Of a stretch of DNA of 64,000 nucleotides, positions 12,991-26,849 are shown one piece after another. The DNA comes from Octopus sinensis (lineage: Eukaryota). Under the pieces are notes generated by a model that saw only the letters and a program-made list of their open reading frames with translations, was not told the DNA's origin and ran no database searches. Numbering within the stretch: the stretch's first letter is position 1; every line of letters begins with the position of its first letter. A program made the position numbers and the translations under genes. The DNA is taken from NCBI RefSeq assembly GCF_006345805.1, contig NC_042997.1:114266001-114330000 (forward strand). Reading direction: 5' to 3'.

Positions 12991-14649
12991 TACTCTGGTC
13001 ACTATAGCAACCTACCCAGATTCAATTTTATAAATTCTGACCAAATTGCAGTGATTGAAGCTTGGCTTTACTCACTGACCAACTGACCTTCACCATTTTG
13101 TTGTGCTGCCATTGATAAACTGGAGACCTGGTTGAGGAACTGGTGGGGGTGAGGGCCATCATTGATGAGCTGAGGGGTTCATTGCTGATGAATTGGTAAG
13201 GGGTTATCATCAAACCTTTCTCAATTGACCAAATGAAGCCCTCTTTGACCGCCTCTTCCTCCCAGTTGACAACAGACATCATTGACTGAAGGTGCATGGC
13301 TTAGTGGTTAGGGCATTGGGCTCAAGATTGTAAGTTTATGAGTTCGATTCCTGGGGACACATTGTATCCTTGAGCAAGTCATTTTATTTCACATTGCTCC
13401 AGTCCACTCAGCTGGAGCATTGTCCATAACCTTGGGCATGGATAAAAGTAAAGACTTACCATTCCTGCTAATTAATTTGAATTGTCACTGCAGTGTAATA
13501 AATCATTAGTATTATTAATTACTTGTTATTTTGTCTGCCGCTATGTTCTGAGTTAAAATTCTGCCAAGGTCGACTTTGCCTTTCATCCTTAAATAAGTAC
13601 CAGTTATGCATTGGGATCAATGTAAATGACTTAATCCCCTCCCACAAGCTGCCCTTGTGGCAAAAAATTGAAATCATTATTAATTACATGTGTTCATTTA
13701 TATTTCTATTGTCAAATTGGATGAGATGTCCTCGAATTTATATTTCCTTAGAGAAACTATGCTGTTTCTACTACTTTCCAACTCGTTCATTCCATGTTTT
13801 CTCTCTTAATGTAACACTAAAATATTGTTAGTTCTTCAATGGTCTTAGAGTATATCTGTTTATTAGCGTCGTCTTAAGAACTTGGTACAGTTTATTGCCA
13901 GAGTCTTTTGTTCCCTTTGCAAACATCCAAACTTTTGTGTCTACATGTTTGACTTTCCCACCAGACAGGTTCATCCGTGTACTTTCCTGCTCCCCTCCCC
14001 CTATGTTGAACATTTGTATTCCTTTATTTGTCATGTTTTGCATTAGGGACACTGGGAAAAGGCAGAGGTCAGAGTATCTTGCTGTTGTTGTTGTTTAACT
14101 CCAGATCAATACTAATCAATCAGATTGGCAATCAGATACATTCCAGCTGTGACTACCCCAACACCCATTATGTCTTTTATTTTAGACAAACAGGTGTAAT
14201 TTAGGAAAGACTGGATGCTATTTCTAGTAGATCAAGTGACCCCATAGGTGCTCCCTGTTGTCCTGTTGCAGTTAGTGGAGACACTGTGCAATTGATGAAA
14301 AAAATAACCAGTTCTCATGGCTGAATTCTTTTTATGGACTCAATTTAAATAAGTATTGCGTCTGTGGGGGTTACTACCTCCAGGTAACTCAACATAGTAA
14401 GAGCCCTCCACTGACCGCCAGATAGTTATACACCATTTCTTTTCTCCTTATTTATGGCCATGATATGGTTCACTAATCAACTGTATATTTTCTTTGTGTG
14501 TGTGTGTGTTTTTCTGGGTGGGCAGTAGTGATGTGTAAGGTGGTGTAGGTATTCTTCTGACAGAGAAATGGGTGGATAAGGGGATTGAGGTAATAAGAGT
14601 GTGTGATAGGATTATGAAGCTAAGAATAATCTTGTTTAATGTAACAATG

Positions 14650-15980
14650 TCATGAAAGATGTTCAGAAGGACAGCTTCCATGAATCCCTTCTGTGTACAA
14701 CCTTGACGAGGAAAGACAATGTTATCACCATGGCTGGGGACTTCAGTGGCTGTGCTGGGAAAAATCTTTGGATTTCATGACGTGCATGGAGGTTACAGCT
14801 TTGGTTCTGGAAATGAAGAGGGAACACGGCTACTGGTGTTTTGTGATGCATATGATCTACTGGTTTGCAATACCAACTTCAGGAAATCAGCTAGCCATTT
14901 GACCACTTATCAAGCTGGCAGGCACACTGGCCAGATTGACTACATTCTCACCAGAAACGGGATCAGATGGATCCTTGTAAATGCAAAGTCCTTTCCTGAT
15001 GAAGAATGTACAACTCAACATAGGTTAGTGACTTCCCACAGACACAGTCAGGTATAGAAAAGGAGGTTATGGAAGCTTAAGGATCCTTCAAATGGGCTGA
15101 AATTTAGAGACATTCTTAATGAAGTATTTGATAACGAGGAGGAAGAGAGAGAGACATAATGACATAGAGGACAATCTACCGAGGGCGACAGACCAAATCT
15201 GTGGTTGAAGTGAAACTTCTGCCAGGACAAAGGTGACATGGTGGTGGAACGGTGAGGTTGATGGGGCCATAAAAGAGAACAGACAGGTTTGGGGGCGGGG
15301 GAAGTGGGGCGGGGGAAGTGGGGGGGGGGGGTAGCCAAGAACCATATCAGGTAGCTCAAAGAGAAGCTAGGTGTTCGGTTTATCTAGCTAGGATAGAAAC
15401 AGAAAGGTAGTTGTTTGCCTATGTCTTACAGTGTGACGATCAGAGACTTCATGAAGGTGTTCCAGATTGCTAGACAGTGTGTCAGAAAGAATGGAGATGT
15501 TGTGAGAGAGAAATGTGTATGGATGGATTATGACATGCTCTCATTTAGTGATAGGTGCAGGAGTGGCTGTGTGGTGTGTAGCTTGCTTACCAACCACATG
15601 GCTCCGGGTTCAGTCCCACTGCGTGGCACCTTGAGCAAGTGTCTTCTACTATAGCCTCTGGCTGACCAAAGCATTGTGAGTGGATTTGGTAGACGGAAAC
15701 TGTAAGAAGCCCATCATGTATATGTATATATGTGTGTGTCTTGCCCCCCAACATCGCTTGACAACCAATGCTGGTATGTTTACGTCCCTGTAACTTAATG
15801 GTTCGGCAAAAGAGACCGATAGAATAAGTACTAGGCTTACAAAGAATAAGTCCTGGGGTCGATTTGCTCAACTAAAGGCGGTGCTCCAGCATGGCTGCAG
15901 TCAAATGACTGAAACAAGTAAAAGAGTAAAAGAGTGATTCTGAAAAGAAAGAGGTGTGGAAGAGCTACTATGAATCACTT
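14650..15980 (+). mobile_element. RTE-clade LINE fragment (AP endonuclease region and linker), interrupted by a SINE
   Basis: GDF, HGGYSFGSGNEEGTRLL, NTNFRK, QIDYIL and TTQHRLV are APE-endonuclease motifs. The frame resumes after the SINE (SEKKEVWKSYYE). Ends approximate. Confidence 0.88.
15553..15934 (+). mobile_element. Full-length SINE family B (tRNA-like head, CORE-like accttg(a/g)gcaagt motif)
   Basis: gtggctgtgtggt...gggttcagtccc...caccttgagcaagtgtc...gactgaaacaagtaaaagag. Inserted in the RTE fragment with agtgat duplicated. Confidence 0.88.
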
Positions 15981-16712
15981 AGGTGGCGGTAATAGTAGTA
16001 GTAGTAGTTGTCATTGCCAAAGAATGAATTAGTCAAGTGTGAATTTCAGCAAAGACCTGCGCACGTGTGCACATGCCTGCTTGCCCCTGAATTTGCATGT
16101 CAGTGAGTATGAGGTATATGGTACGGTAATATTTGTCAGTGAGCCTAGGAATACATAATACATCCAACCACAATAGCTTCTTCAGTGAAGCATGTTCTCT
16201 CTGAGGATTTAAAAAAAAAAAAGAGAAAAAAAAGAAAAAAAACAGAAGGTAAGAGAACAAGTTATCAGCTCTGCCAACCTGGTGCCAACCTAAACATTGT
16301 TGCACACGTCAGTAAAGCTATTTGTTTGCTCTTTTCTTTTGTGAAGACACTTTCGGCTGATGTTGTTTCAAGTGAATGAAACAGTTTTTTCTTAATGAAG
16401 AGATGAAGTTACTACAGAATCCAGAAGAGTTTGTAGGTGTCACTCGGTTTGGTTTGAATAACAAGTGAAAAAGTATCAAGTTTTCAACAAAGGACCTTTG
16501 ATGGAAGAGTGAGGTTTAGAACTCTTTATGTAGAGGGTTGAAAGTAGTATAAGGAAGGAACTTAGTGCAAGAAAAACAAATGAATAAAACAAAACAAACA
16601 GTAAAACATTACATGGAGAGAATTACTACCTGCTTGCATACATGGTCACTCATAGAGACTGCTTAACTTCACTTGGGTACTCTTGTAAAGCATAGGGTTT
16701 TTCAGCAGTATC

Positions 16713-16797
<85 letters not shown>

Positions 16798-16847
16798 CAC
16801 GGCTGCATGTATGCACATATATATACTCACATGCACGCCTGTGTGCG

Positions 16848-16901
<54 letters not shown>

Positions 16902-17035
16902 TATACATGCACACACATATCTGTGGACTAATGCCCATTTTTTTCTGTCGAGGGGTTTATGTGCCCCAATATTAGACTACTTTCTATAATCAAAATACGG
17001 TGAAAGCTTTTAATTATATTTACAATATATATATA

Positions 17036-17096
<61 letters not shown>

Positions 17097-17826
17097 AAGA
17101 TTGAAGTCTATAGAAATCTGATATCAGCGTCAGTACTTATGTTAATCATGTCTATTTCAGAACTCATTTACCAACACGGCTTCTTACCCACACCTACTTC
17201 ACACCTCGCCACCTCCACTCACACACACCCCCACACCTATATTTAGATTATTCCAACAACATTACTTCATAACTTGAGAATGTCTTAATACCAATATTAA
17301 TCCATTCCTTAGAGATATGTGGTATTTTATGTTCTGTACTGGCTTCCATATCGTTACTGTTGTAGTTAAGGCCCAGGTCACCTCTGATCAAGCTGACCCC
17401 GTGAGCAATGATGTTCTTGTCATGGCCATCGCAGCATATTTCCAGACAATGTATATATTCAAGACAACAATATCTGATGTGTTCTTTTTTTCTCAAAGAT
17501 CAAGTATAGTAGGAGGGATTGGGTTACTATTTCTACCACTTTGAGTGACTATCTGTGGAAAAACTGCTTTGTTGAGGTCAAACCCATGATGGTGTTCTTC
17601 TTGCTCTTCTTTCCTCTGGTTCACAATAATCATCATCATCATCATAATGTCCACTTTTCCATGCTTGTGGAATGTGTTGAGCTAAATTTTCTACAGCTGG
17701 ACGCCCTTCCTGTCACCAACCTTCACCTATTTCCAAGCAAGGTTAGACATGCTTTACATGGAAGACTGGAAATGAACCACACCACTTACGTGACAGTGAT
17801 GCTTATTTACAACCATCACATGGGTG

Positions 17827-17857
<31 letters not shown>

Positions 17858-18133
17858 ACCATCATCATCATCATCATTTAATGTCTGTTTTCCATACTGG
17901 TATGGGTTGGGTGGTTTGACAGGAACTGGCAAGCTGGAGAGCTGCACATGGTTCCATTGTCTGTTTTTCTGCAGTTGGTTGCCCTTCCTAATACCAAACA
18001 CTTTACAGAGTGTCCTGGGTGCCTTTTGCGCCAGCACCAGTGTTTTTTACATGGCACTAACATGGGTATTTTTAATGTGGGAACAGCATGGTGACATGCT
18101 TTTACATGTCATCAGCACACGCACACACACGCA

Positions 18134-18169
<36 letters not shown>

Positions 18170-18399
18170 GCACCTAGTACACTCTGTAGAGTGGTTGGCA
18201 TTAAGGACATTGAGCCATAGAAACCAATCCAAAACAGCATAGAAAACGGACATTAAATGATGATGATGATTAAATATTCTCGTTATGACATAGTTCCAGC
18301 ATCACATGGCTCATGGCCCAGTTTTGTGATTGATAAAATATCTGAAGTAGTGTAGAGCAGACCTGGTTAAGAGAATGTGCTGGAACCCTCCCTCCCTCT

Positions 18400-19010
18400 C
18401 ACCAATAACAAGACAACAAAGGAAGCCTACACACAAGGAAACAAAATTTTGGTTTCAAAACCAGAAAATTCAAACAACAGACAGCTTGAATCTTTCAAAA
18501 TAACAACTTCAAAATGGTGAGGAAAAAACAAAAACCATAAAATTCAAGAAAATTAACAACACCTAACAGAAAATATAAAGAATATTGGAAAATCAAATAA
18601 TATATTTATAAAAAAAAATAACATTGATAATATTTAAAAAAAGAAAAAAAAACTAATGATAATAATACCTGAAAGTCTATAAATAATGAGGCTAGAAACA
18701 TAACTTGTAGTTTAAATGTTGAAGAAAAAGTTGTAATTCAGAGCAAGTAGACTCTTAATTCCAACTAAAACAGGATTGGTAAAATCAACAGCAAAATTTA
18801 TAATTTTCCAGATTAACAGTCTGGAACAAAAGAGTGCTTGAGTAACAAATTGGTTTAGAATCCCTGGTAAACAAAAATATATGTTTATCCAATATAACAT
18901 TATAGACGACTACCTGTTCATAACTAAACGTCTACTATTAAAATAATTCACGAAACACTACTCCATCATCTTAGATAATGATGTACCAAAGCATGCTAGG
19001 AAATCAGGGT
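18400..19010 (+). mobile_element. Decayed Penelope-like element (RT N-terminal region)
   Basis: Hand translation gives NFGFKT, RLLIPTKTGLVK, VTNWFRIPGKQKYMFIQYNIIDDYLFITKRLL and KHARKS, resembling PLE consensus RLINPAK / VIDWF / FIQFDIVDFYPSI / HARKS. Contains stops and frameshifts. Confidence 0.7.
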
Positions 19011-21600
19011 TTTTTTTAGTCTTTAATAAGTAACATGTAAATTATAATACAGTGCCAAAGTTTCAGATGCGAGAATAGAAGATATGTCTTCTGTAGAAAT
19101 TACAAATTTATCAGGTATATGCAATTTCAAATTTAATACATATATTTAGTCCACAATAAAATCCATTGTGTTAATGGTAGGTTTTGTAAAGGCGATGCCT
19201 TATTAATCTTCAAAAGCATCAACAGAACTGTAAGATCAATTCAAGAAAAAAAACCTAATCAAGTTATTCAAGGAATTGAAACCCTACAGTATCAAATGAT
19301 TGAATAATCTCTCTTTTAGTACGTCATCATCATCATTGTCATTTAACGTCAGCTTTCCGTGCTGGCATGGGCTGGATGGTTTGATTGAGAACAGGTAAGC
19401 CAGGAGGCTGCACCAGGCCCCAATCTGATTTGGCAAGGTTTCTACAGCTGGATGCCCTTCCTAATGCCAATACTCCAAGAGTGTGGTGATTTGCTTTTTA
19501 TGTACCACCGGCACAGGTGTCAGTCAGGTGGCACTGACATCGACCACACTCGATTGGTGCTTTTTATGTACCACTGACTCAAGTGCCAGTCAAGCACTAC
19601 TGGCATCAGATGTATAATATATATATATATATACAATTATCATCATCAATATATACAAACTTGTTACCAGTTCAAATATTCTTGAGGCATATTCCAAGAA
19701 ATCTGTAAGAAAGCCATTGACTGTATTTTGTGATGGAGAAAATTTCTCACTCTAAAGAAATAAGTGTAGATACTCTGGGTCAGTTGGTGCTTAAAATTTG
19801 GAAAAAAGGTTTTGTAAGGGATTATAATACTATCCATGTATAATAAACTCCCATATTTTTTTAACCTAACTTTTGACAAAAAAAAGGTTCCTTATACCTG
19901 TTAAAATATGGTGTATCCAATGCTGGATGTGAGATATATGTCTCTGTATTATGCTCCTATTGATTAGCATGGTTAGAAACCCCCACCAATCGGTGTAAGG
20001 GGGATCTTGGCCAGGTTGTCTAAGTTGTAATGTTTGATTCTAATATTTGTTTGTGATAACCCATGTCAGCATGGAAAACGGATGTTAATTAATGATAATG
20101 ATGTTTATCTGTAGACTTATATTTGTATTTTTATTTCATCCTTTTGGGTTGTACGGGTTTAGGTTATCGAATTTGATGAGGATGGTTTTTAGATGAGAGG
20201 GTATGACTTGTTGTTTTAATGATATAAGATAAATATGATGCATATAACATCATCATCATCATCATTATTTAACGTCCACTTTCCATGCTGGTATTGGTCG
20301 GACAGTTTGAATGGGGACTGGCAAGCTAAGAGGCTGCACCAAGATCCAATCTGATCTGGCAATGTTTCTACAGCTGGATATGTAAAACCGCCCAAACTTT
20401 TAAGCTTTAAATAATATAATAATTATTAATCAACTATTTTCATAATACTTGGGTAAATAAAAATCAATTTTTACACTAAAAAAATAATAGGGTATCTAAT
20501 CGCCAACCACTCCACAAGTGTAGTGGGTGATTTTTACTTGCCACTGGCATGGGAACCAATCAGGCAACACTGGCATCGGCCACACTTGGATGGTGCTTTT
20601 TACATGCTACCGGCACAGGAGCCAGTTGGGATGAGGGGGGCTGGCATCTACCATATTCGGATGGTGCTTTTTATGTGCCACCGACATGGGAAGCCAGTCA
20701 GGCGACACTGGCCACAAACCACACATGAATGGTGCTTATTACTTGTCACTAGCACAGGAGCCAGTCAGGTGGCACTGGCATCGGCCACAACTACAATTTC
20801 CATTTGATTTGATTTGATTTTGAATTTACTTGACTCAATAGGTTTCCTCAACCACAGCATGTTGCCTGATGATTCAAGGGTACTTTTTAAATGGGCTAGT
20901 TATGTGACACTGGTGTAGGCCATGGCTGTGATCTCACTTTACTTGCCAGGTCTTCTCAATCACAGCATATCTCCAGAGTTCTCGGTCTTTCATCATTGCC
21001 CTTTTTTTTTTTTTTTACATAAAAGCCTTAATGGCAGCCACTACATAATTGTTAAACTGGGTAGAAATAGCAGCTAAGATCTTCCCCCAATCATACCCTA
21101 TTATCTTATGTAAGTATAAATATAAACCAACATGGGAGACAGTCAAATTTGTTGCTATCTCTATCTATTTCTACTGTTATAGGTATAAGCAAATGAGCTA
21201 GCTGGAAAATAGTAGCTAAGCCTATTAGAAATAGCAGCCAAATCTCTTGCATATCTTTGAAGGGTTGGGAAAAAATGAAGAATGTTTTTAGTCTGTGGCT
21301 TTGAATTGAACAGGTGATGATGGAATGGTATGAGTGAATTAGTTTGAGATGAGTGCCAAAGTCAGAACATTACCATATGGTATGAGATTGATAATTTTGA
21401 TAATCATAAATGAGTATCACTTTGCAGAAACATGTCAGGACATGGGGGAAATGTTACCTGGCTTGGGAACAGGTGAGGATTGGCGAGAGGTAGAGTATTG
21501 TCTAGCTTTTGAAAAATCTACCTCGATATATTCCATCAGGCCCATGGAAAAGTGGCTACACACACACAGACAGGCTATGTTCAATATATAAGGTATTCAG

Positions 21601-21837
21601 GGTGACAAGCTGGCAGAATCATTAGTTTGCCGGGCGAAATGCTTAGCGGAATTTCCTCTGCTGCTATGTTCTGAGTTCAAATTCCGCCAAGGTCGATTTT
21701 GCCTTTCATCCTTTCGGGGTTGATTAAATAAGTAACAGTTCCTCACTGGGGGTCGATGCAATCAACTTAATCCCTTTGTTTGTCTTTGTTTGTCCCCTCT
21801 GTGTTTAGCCCCACCCCCTGAGGGCAATAAAGAAATA
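21601..21837 (+). mobile_element. SINE family A copy with an 18-bp TSD
   Basis: gctggcagaatc...gagttcaaattccgcc...cctttcatcctttcgggg...aaagaaata. TSD aatatataaggtattcag at 21583-21600 and 21838-21855. Confidence 0.9.
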
Positions 21838-22695
21838 AATATATAAGGTATTCAGCAGGAAGTAGGCTTTTGAAATACCTGGAAATGTGGGAACTGGCTA
21901 ACAAGAAAGGGAGAAAGAACATGCAGTATGCCTGTGCATAGACTCTCATACACACTCTCTTTCTCTCTCTCTGTCTCTCTCTCTCACACACACACATGTT
22001 GCTTATTACAATGCATTTAGTTCAATTCTAAATGAACATTATTTTCTGTTTGAGTAATTTTTTTTTTCATTTCTTTATATTGTGTACAAACACACACACA
22101 CACACTTGTGTATGTGTGTGTATGTATGACAATGAGTTGGTAGTTCTCCCTCTTCTCTCTCTCTCTGACCCCCCCCCCCCCCGAATGTTTTCATTACATA
22201 TAATTGAGATTTTTATAAGAAGCATCTGATGTCATTGAAATAAGATAAAGCAACTCAGTTCTGCCGGATGTTAATCAATATTTTCAGAATGTAAATTCTT
22301 TAACGAGCCAAATTGTATCTAATTAGCTGTATTCAGGCAACTAATTCAAGGCAACATTCCCATCGTGCTGCCTTTCATTCAATTTTTGATTGCTCTTCTC
22401 AAACACAAAGATCTCTAAAAATTGATTTACTTTCAAATGGAGGTTAAACCTACAAACAAGCTCTTGGGATGCATTCTTCCTGCAACAACTTGTTCCAACA
22501 GTTACAAACCTCCTCTCCACCGCCACCTCATACAATCCACCAGCGAATCTTTTTTTTTCTTGTAATACTCTACTTCGACTATTGAGCATTTAAACCGGTC
22601 ACACCTGCCCGAAATATCCTACCTGTATTCTGGTCAAAGCCAGTCAGATCTGGCCTTTCACACCTACCTTACAATATCATTCTAAAAATAATCAC

Positions 22696-22928
22696 TATTT
22701 CTTTACTCCTCACAAGGGGCTAAACACAGAGGGGACAAACAAGGACAGACAAATGGATTAAGTTGATTACATCGACCTCAGTGCATAACTGGTACTTAAT
22801 TTGTCAACCCCAAAAGGATGAAAGGCAAAGTCGACCTTGGCGGAATTTGAACTCAGAACATAACGGCAGATGAAATACGGCTACGTATTTTGCCCGGCGT
22901 GCTAATGTTTCTGCCAGCTCGCCACCTT
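22696..22928 (-). mobile_element. SINE family A copy inserted into a piggyBac-like MITE
   Basis: Family A sequence with attctaaaaata duplicated on both sides. The flanks match the MITE at 30974-31191. Confidence 0.85.
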
Positions 22929-23255
22929 ATATTATTCTAAAAATAAACAATCACACCATCGGAATCTCAAAGCTCTGTGATAATGCATCATTAATTCAAA
23001 ATAACTGGAATAAATGAAAATTATATTGGATAAAAGTAATCTGAATGCTAAAGGGTGAACCCTTTCTTTCAACTTTGGGCAGTGGGGGAGGGGAAACCAT
23101 TTTCTTTAGGTTTGGGTTTTTTTTTTTTTTTTTGTAGTTTCAGCTCAGAGCTGTGACCATTTGTTTATTTATATTTTGTTTCGGTTTTAGAAATGCTGGA
23201 ATGAGTCAGATTAGTATTATGGATTAAAAGAATCCCTGTGATATGTTTGTGTGTA

Positions 23256-23505
23256 CAGTGATCCCTCGACTATCACGGGTGTCACATTCCAAAACCCCTC
23301 CGCAATAGGTGAAAATCTGTGAAGCAGAAACAGTACTGTACTGTATAATTTTCTTTTATTATTTTTATAATTTGTGTATATTTTTATTATATATGCGAAA
23401 CAACACAACAGAGGAATCAACATAAGCTTAAATAATAAACCGGGATGGGTGAAATGCAATAGGTGAACCGTGATAGGTGAAACGTGATATGGTGAGGGAC
23501 TACTG
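23256..23505. mobile_element. pogo/Tigger-like MITE
   Basis: TA|cagtgatccctc...gagggactactg|TA. Confidence 0.78.
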
Positions 23506-23941
23506 TATGTCTATCTTTGTGTGTGTGTGCACGTGCATGCCTGTGTATGTGTGAGTGCACATCTGTATGTGCATGTATGGGTGCATGTGCATCTACATGT
23601 GCATCGGTGCATGCCAAGACAGATGTGTGTTTCCGTATGTGTCTGTCTGTTGTCATTCTGTGCACATCTGTCTGACTGACTGGGTGTCTGTCTATGATTT
23701 AGTCAGGACATTAACCTCACTTCCAATATAAGCCGTTATGAAAGGTCTGTCTGTCAATCACTTGCTGTCTGTTGTAAAGTTATCATTATTTCATGATTAC
23801 ATGCATCTTAATGTAGTTAGTTGCTCAGCAGCTTTTCACCTTCCTCCACTATTACCCACCTCCTCACTCCACTGTATATCTATCTATTATACATCTATAT
23901 ATTTATATATCCTATATATATATATATATATAAAATTGTGC

Positions 23942-24018
<77 letters not shown>

Positions 24019-24716
24019 CTGTGTCTGTGTATATGTGCATTTGTGTGTGGGTGTGTTGGGAACTTCCATTTGAAGTGCCAGATATATTGTCTGCAGGTGC
24101 CTGCTGCCAGTCTAAAGCCAGAAAACTCTCTGGTCAGAAGAACAGGAAAAAAAGACAGACAGAAAGTGAAAGTAGGTTTTTTTTTTTTGTTGTTGTTTTT
24201 CAGTTTCTTTTTCTGAATTTGGGATGTTAATATTCTTTGTCTCTTTTCAAACTATTTTCTGTTTGAAACAATAACAACTAATCAATATACTACCTTTAAT
24301 CAATAGACTATAATCAATATATTATCTTTCTTTCTTTCTTTCTGTTGTTGTTGTTGGCTTTTTTCTTTCTTTTCTTCCTTCTTCCCACCCCCATCCCTCC
24401 TCTTTATTTTATTGATGGACATCTATCACTGCAGACAATTATTGTGGTATTGCTGCTAACCCTGTATTTTCTAAACTCTTGAGATGTTAAAGAAAAACTG
24501 CTACTAAATTTAGTCATTCAACTCTTTCTTGTTTATTGATGCTGTTTTAACTGCAGGCGATGTCCTAAATTGTAACAAAGTTTCATTTGTGAAATCAGTG
24601 TCAAAAATATTTCTCGCTTCTTACTGCATGTTTGCTGCTCTCTCGCGTGTTGTATTGTTTTGATATTCTGCATGTGCATGTCACGTGGTCTTGAATGCCT
24701 TCAACTGTTCCACCTC

Positions 24717-24985
24717 TCCACCATCATTCCATTGCACCACTCCACACTCCCAAAAGCATTCCAATCCGCACATCAATCATTATTCCATTGTATCACTCCA
24801 CACCTCAACCTTCATTCCACTGTTCCATTCCTCACCTCAACCATCATTCCATTCTGCAATTCCACATCTCAGTCATTATTCCATTGTATCACTCCACACT
24901 TCAACCTTCATTCCATTGTTCCATTCCTCACCCCAACCATCATTCCATTCTATCATTCCATACCTCTGCAATTATTCCATTCAAG
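24717..24985 (+). repeat. Degenerate CCATT-rich minisatellite with a ~90-bp duplication
   Basis: tcattattccattgtatcactccacac..caaccttcattcca occurs twice. Confidence 0.8.
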
Positions 24986-25137
24986 CAAATATATTCAACC
25001 AACAAAAAATTAAATGCCATTGTTTTTCTTTGTCCTGTGGAGTGTTTTCCTTGCTTGAGTACTTCAATTTCCAGTTTTGGTTTCTCTGAAAATTTTAGTG
25101 ATGTTATTTTCATATGACTAAAATATTTTGCCTTTAA

Positions 25138-25605
25138 CCCTTTCATTACCAACCTGGTTGAAACCAGCTCTGTAGTACAAATATCTTGTTTTCATAAGTT
25201 TTGAATTAAAATCTTCCCCCAAACCGTAGTCGCAATTTATGTTCCTAACACTAGCTTAATGATAACTAAGTTATTTTACTAAATTCTTTGTTATATTCAA
25301 AATTAATTGAAAGTAACACAGAGCATCTCAACAGAAATATAGTAACAAAAGGTTTAGAATATATAATAGAGAAACAATTCTTAACCTTTTCGTTACCAAT
25401 CCGGCTGAAACCACCTCTGGCTCTGTAGTACAAATGTCTTGTTTTCAAAAGTTCTGAATTAAAATCTTCCACCAAACCTTTGTCACAATTTCTGTTCCAA
25501 ACACTAGCTTAATGATAACTAAGTTGTTTTACTAAATTCTTTGTTATATTTAAAGTAATTGAAAGAAACCCAGAGCATCTCAAAATAAACCCAGTAATGA
25601 AAGGG
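25138..25605. mobile_element. Two tandem P2 piggyBac-like MITEs
   Basis: 25138-25352 and 25385-25605. Each begins TTAA|cc(c)ttt and is the reverse complement of 7336-7555. Confidence 0.8.
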
Positions 25606-26073
25606 TTAACCTACTTTTTTTCCCACCAAAGCAGGTGGCAGATATGTCTAAATAATGTATATGTGTACTCCCTTCTCCCCCACTCCAATATTAACAAATA
25701 TTCCAAGCTACCGTCAGATTGTTGAGCTGTAAACAAATACCTGCCTCCACCATGGGCTATAAAGGCAACAACTTCATTTCCCAAGGTAATGCTCTCTTTA
25801 CCTGAGAGACAGGTACATTAACATCCATTTACCTCAGATTTCCAGTGAATTCCCCACGTCCCCCACTCTGTCGGAGGTAACATTATGTCCATCTGCTTGA
25901 GATTGTGCTAGACCCTTCTGCCTGGTAAACTGTGGCAGCCTCAGTGAAGGTAACCCACACTGAAAGCAGAAATCTTGCCAGAACTGGAGTGTAGAAAGGT
26001 GCTAAGAACTCCACAAGGTGCCAAAAGATGGGTACCTTGATAAAATACACCCTGCTTGTTCTTGCTGTAAAGT

Positions 26074-26380
26074 TGTTGTTTGTTCCTTCTCGAGCCATGC
26101 CTGGCTCATTAGGGCTGGTTTCCCGGTTTCCTTGGCGTATAGGTTCCCCACCTGGATGGGACGCCAGTCCATCGCAGTTGAGCTGCAAGATGCAGGAGAA
26201 AACAGTGAGAGAAAGTTGTGGCAAAAGAGTCAGCAAAAGTTTGCCATTACCTTCTGCTGGAGCCGCATGGAGCTTAGATATTTCACTCATAAACACACAC
26301 ATCGCCTGGTCTGAGATTCGAACCTGTGATCCCTCGACCGCAATTCCGCTGCTCTAACCACTAGGCCATGTGCCTCCACA
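26074..26380 (-). mobile_element. Full-length tRNA-derived SINE with an 11-bp TSD
   Basis: On the minus strand: A box TGGCCTAGTGG, B box GGTTCGAATC, central gcgatggactggcgtcccatccagg domain and (AAC)n tail. TSD tgctgtaaagt at 26063-26073 and 26381-26391. Confidence 0.9.
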
Positions 26381-26849
26381 TGCTGTAAAGTGATTCGTGG
26401 TAGGAAGGGCTTCCAGTTACAAAAGCCTTGGGTTTCTCAAGATTACTTGCAGATTACTTGTCTGTGAGGATAGTAACTCCCAAGAAGAACTGAGAGCAGA
26501 GGACTTTGATCTTGCCACAGGAAAACCCTCTGGTGCTGGTGGCCTCATATGAAACATCCAGTCTGTGCTGTTTGCAGCAGATGATGAAGGCGATGGTGAA
26601 TGTCAAACCCATGTCAGCAGGGAAACACTGATCTAAAATAATAATGATGATGATGACATATAGGAGTGGTTGGTGTTAGGAAGAGCATCCAGCTGTAGAA
26701 ACCTTGTCAGATCAGATTGGAGCCTGGTGCAGCCTCCTGGCTTGCCAGTCCTCAGTCAAACCATCCAACCCATGCCAGCATGGAAAGTGGACATCAAACG
26801 ATGGTGATGATGTATGAAATAATCTCATCTCGTGACAGTTTATCATTTG

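Noticed and set aside
17541-18242. 233-aa ORF
   Set aside because: It runs through RTE-tail repeats and (CA)n tracts.
26310-26380. tRNA gene
   Set aside because: The A and B boxes are the head of a SINE with a body, tail and TSD; there is no complete cloverleaf.
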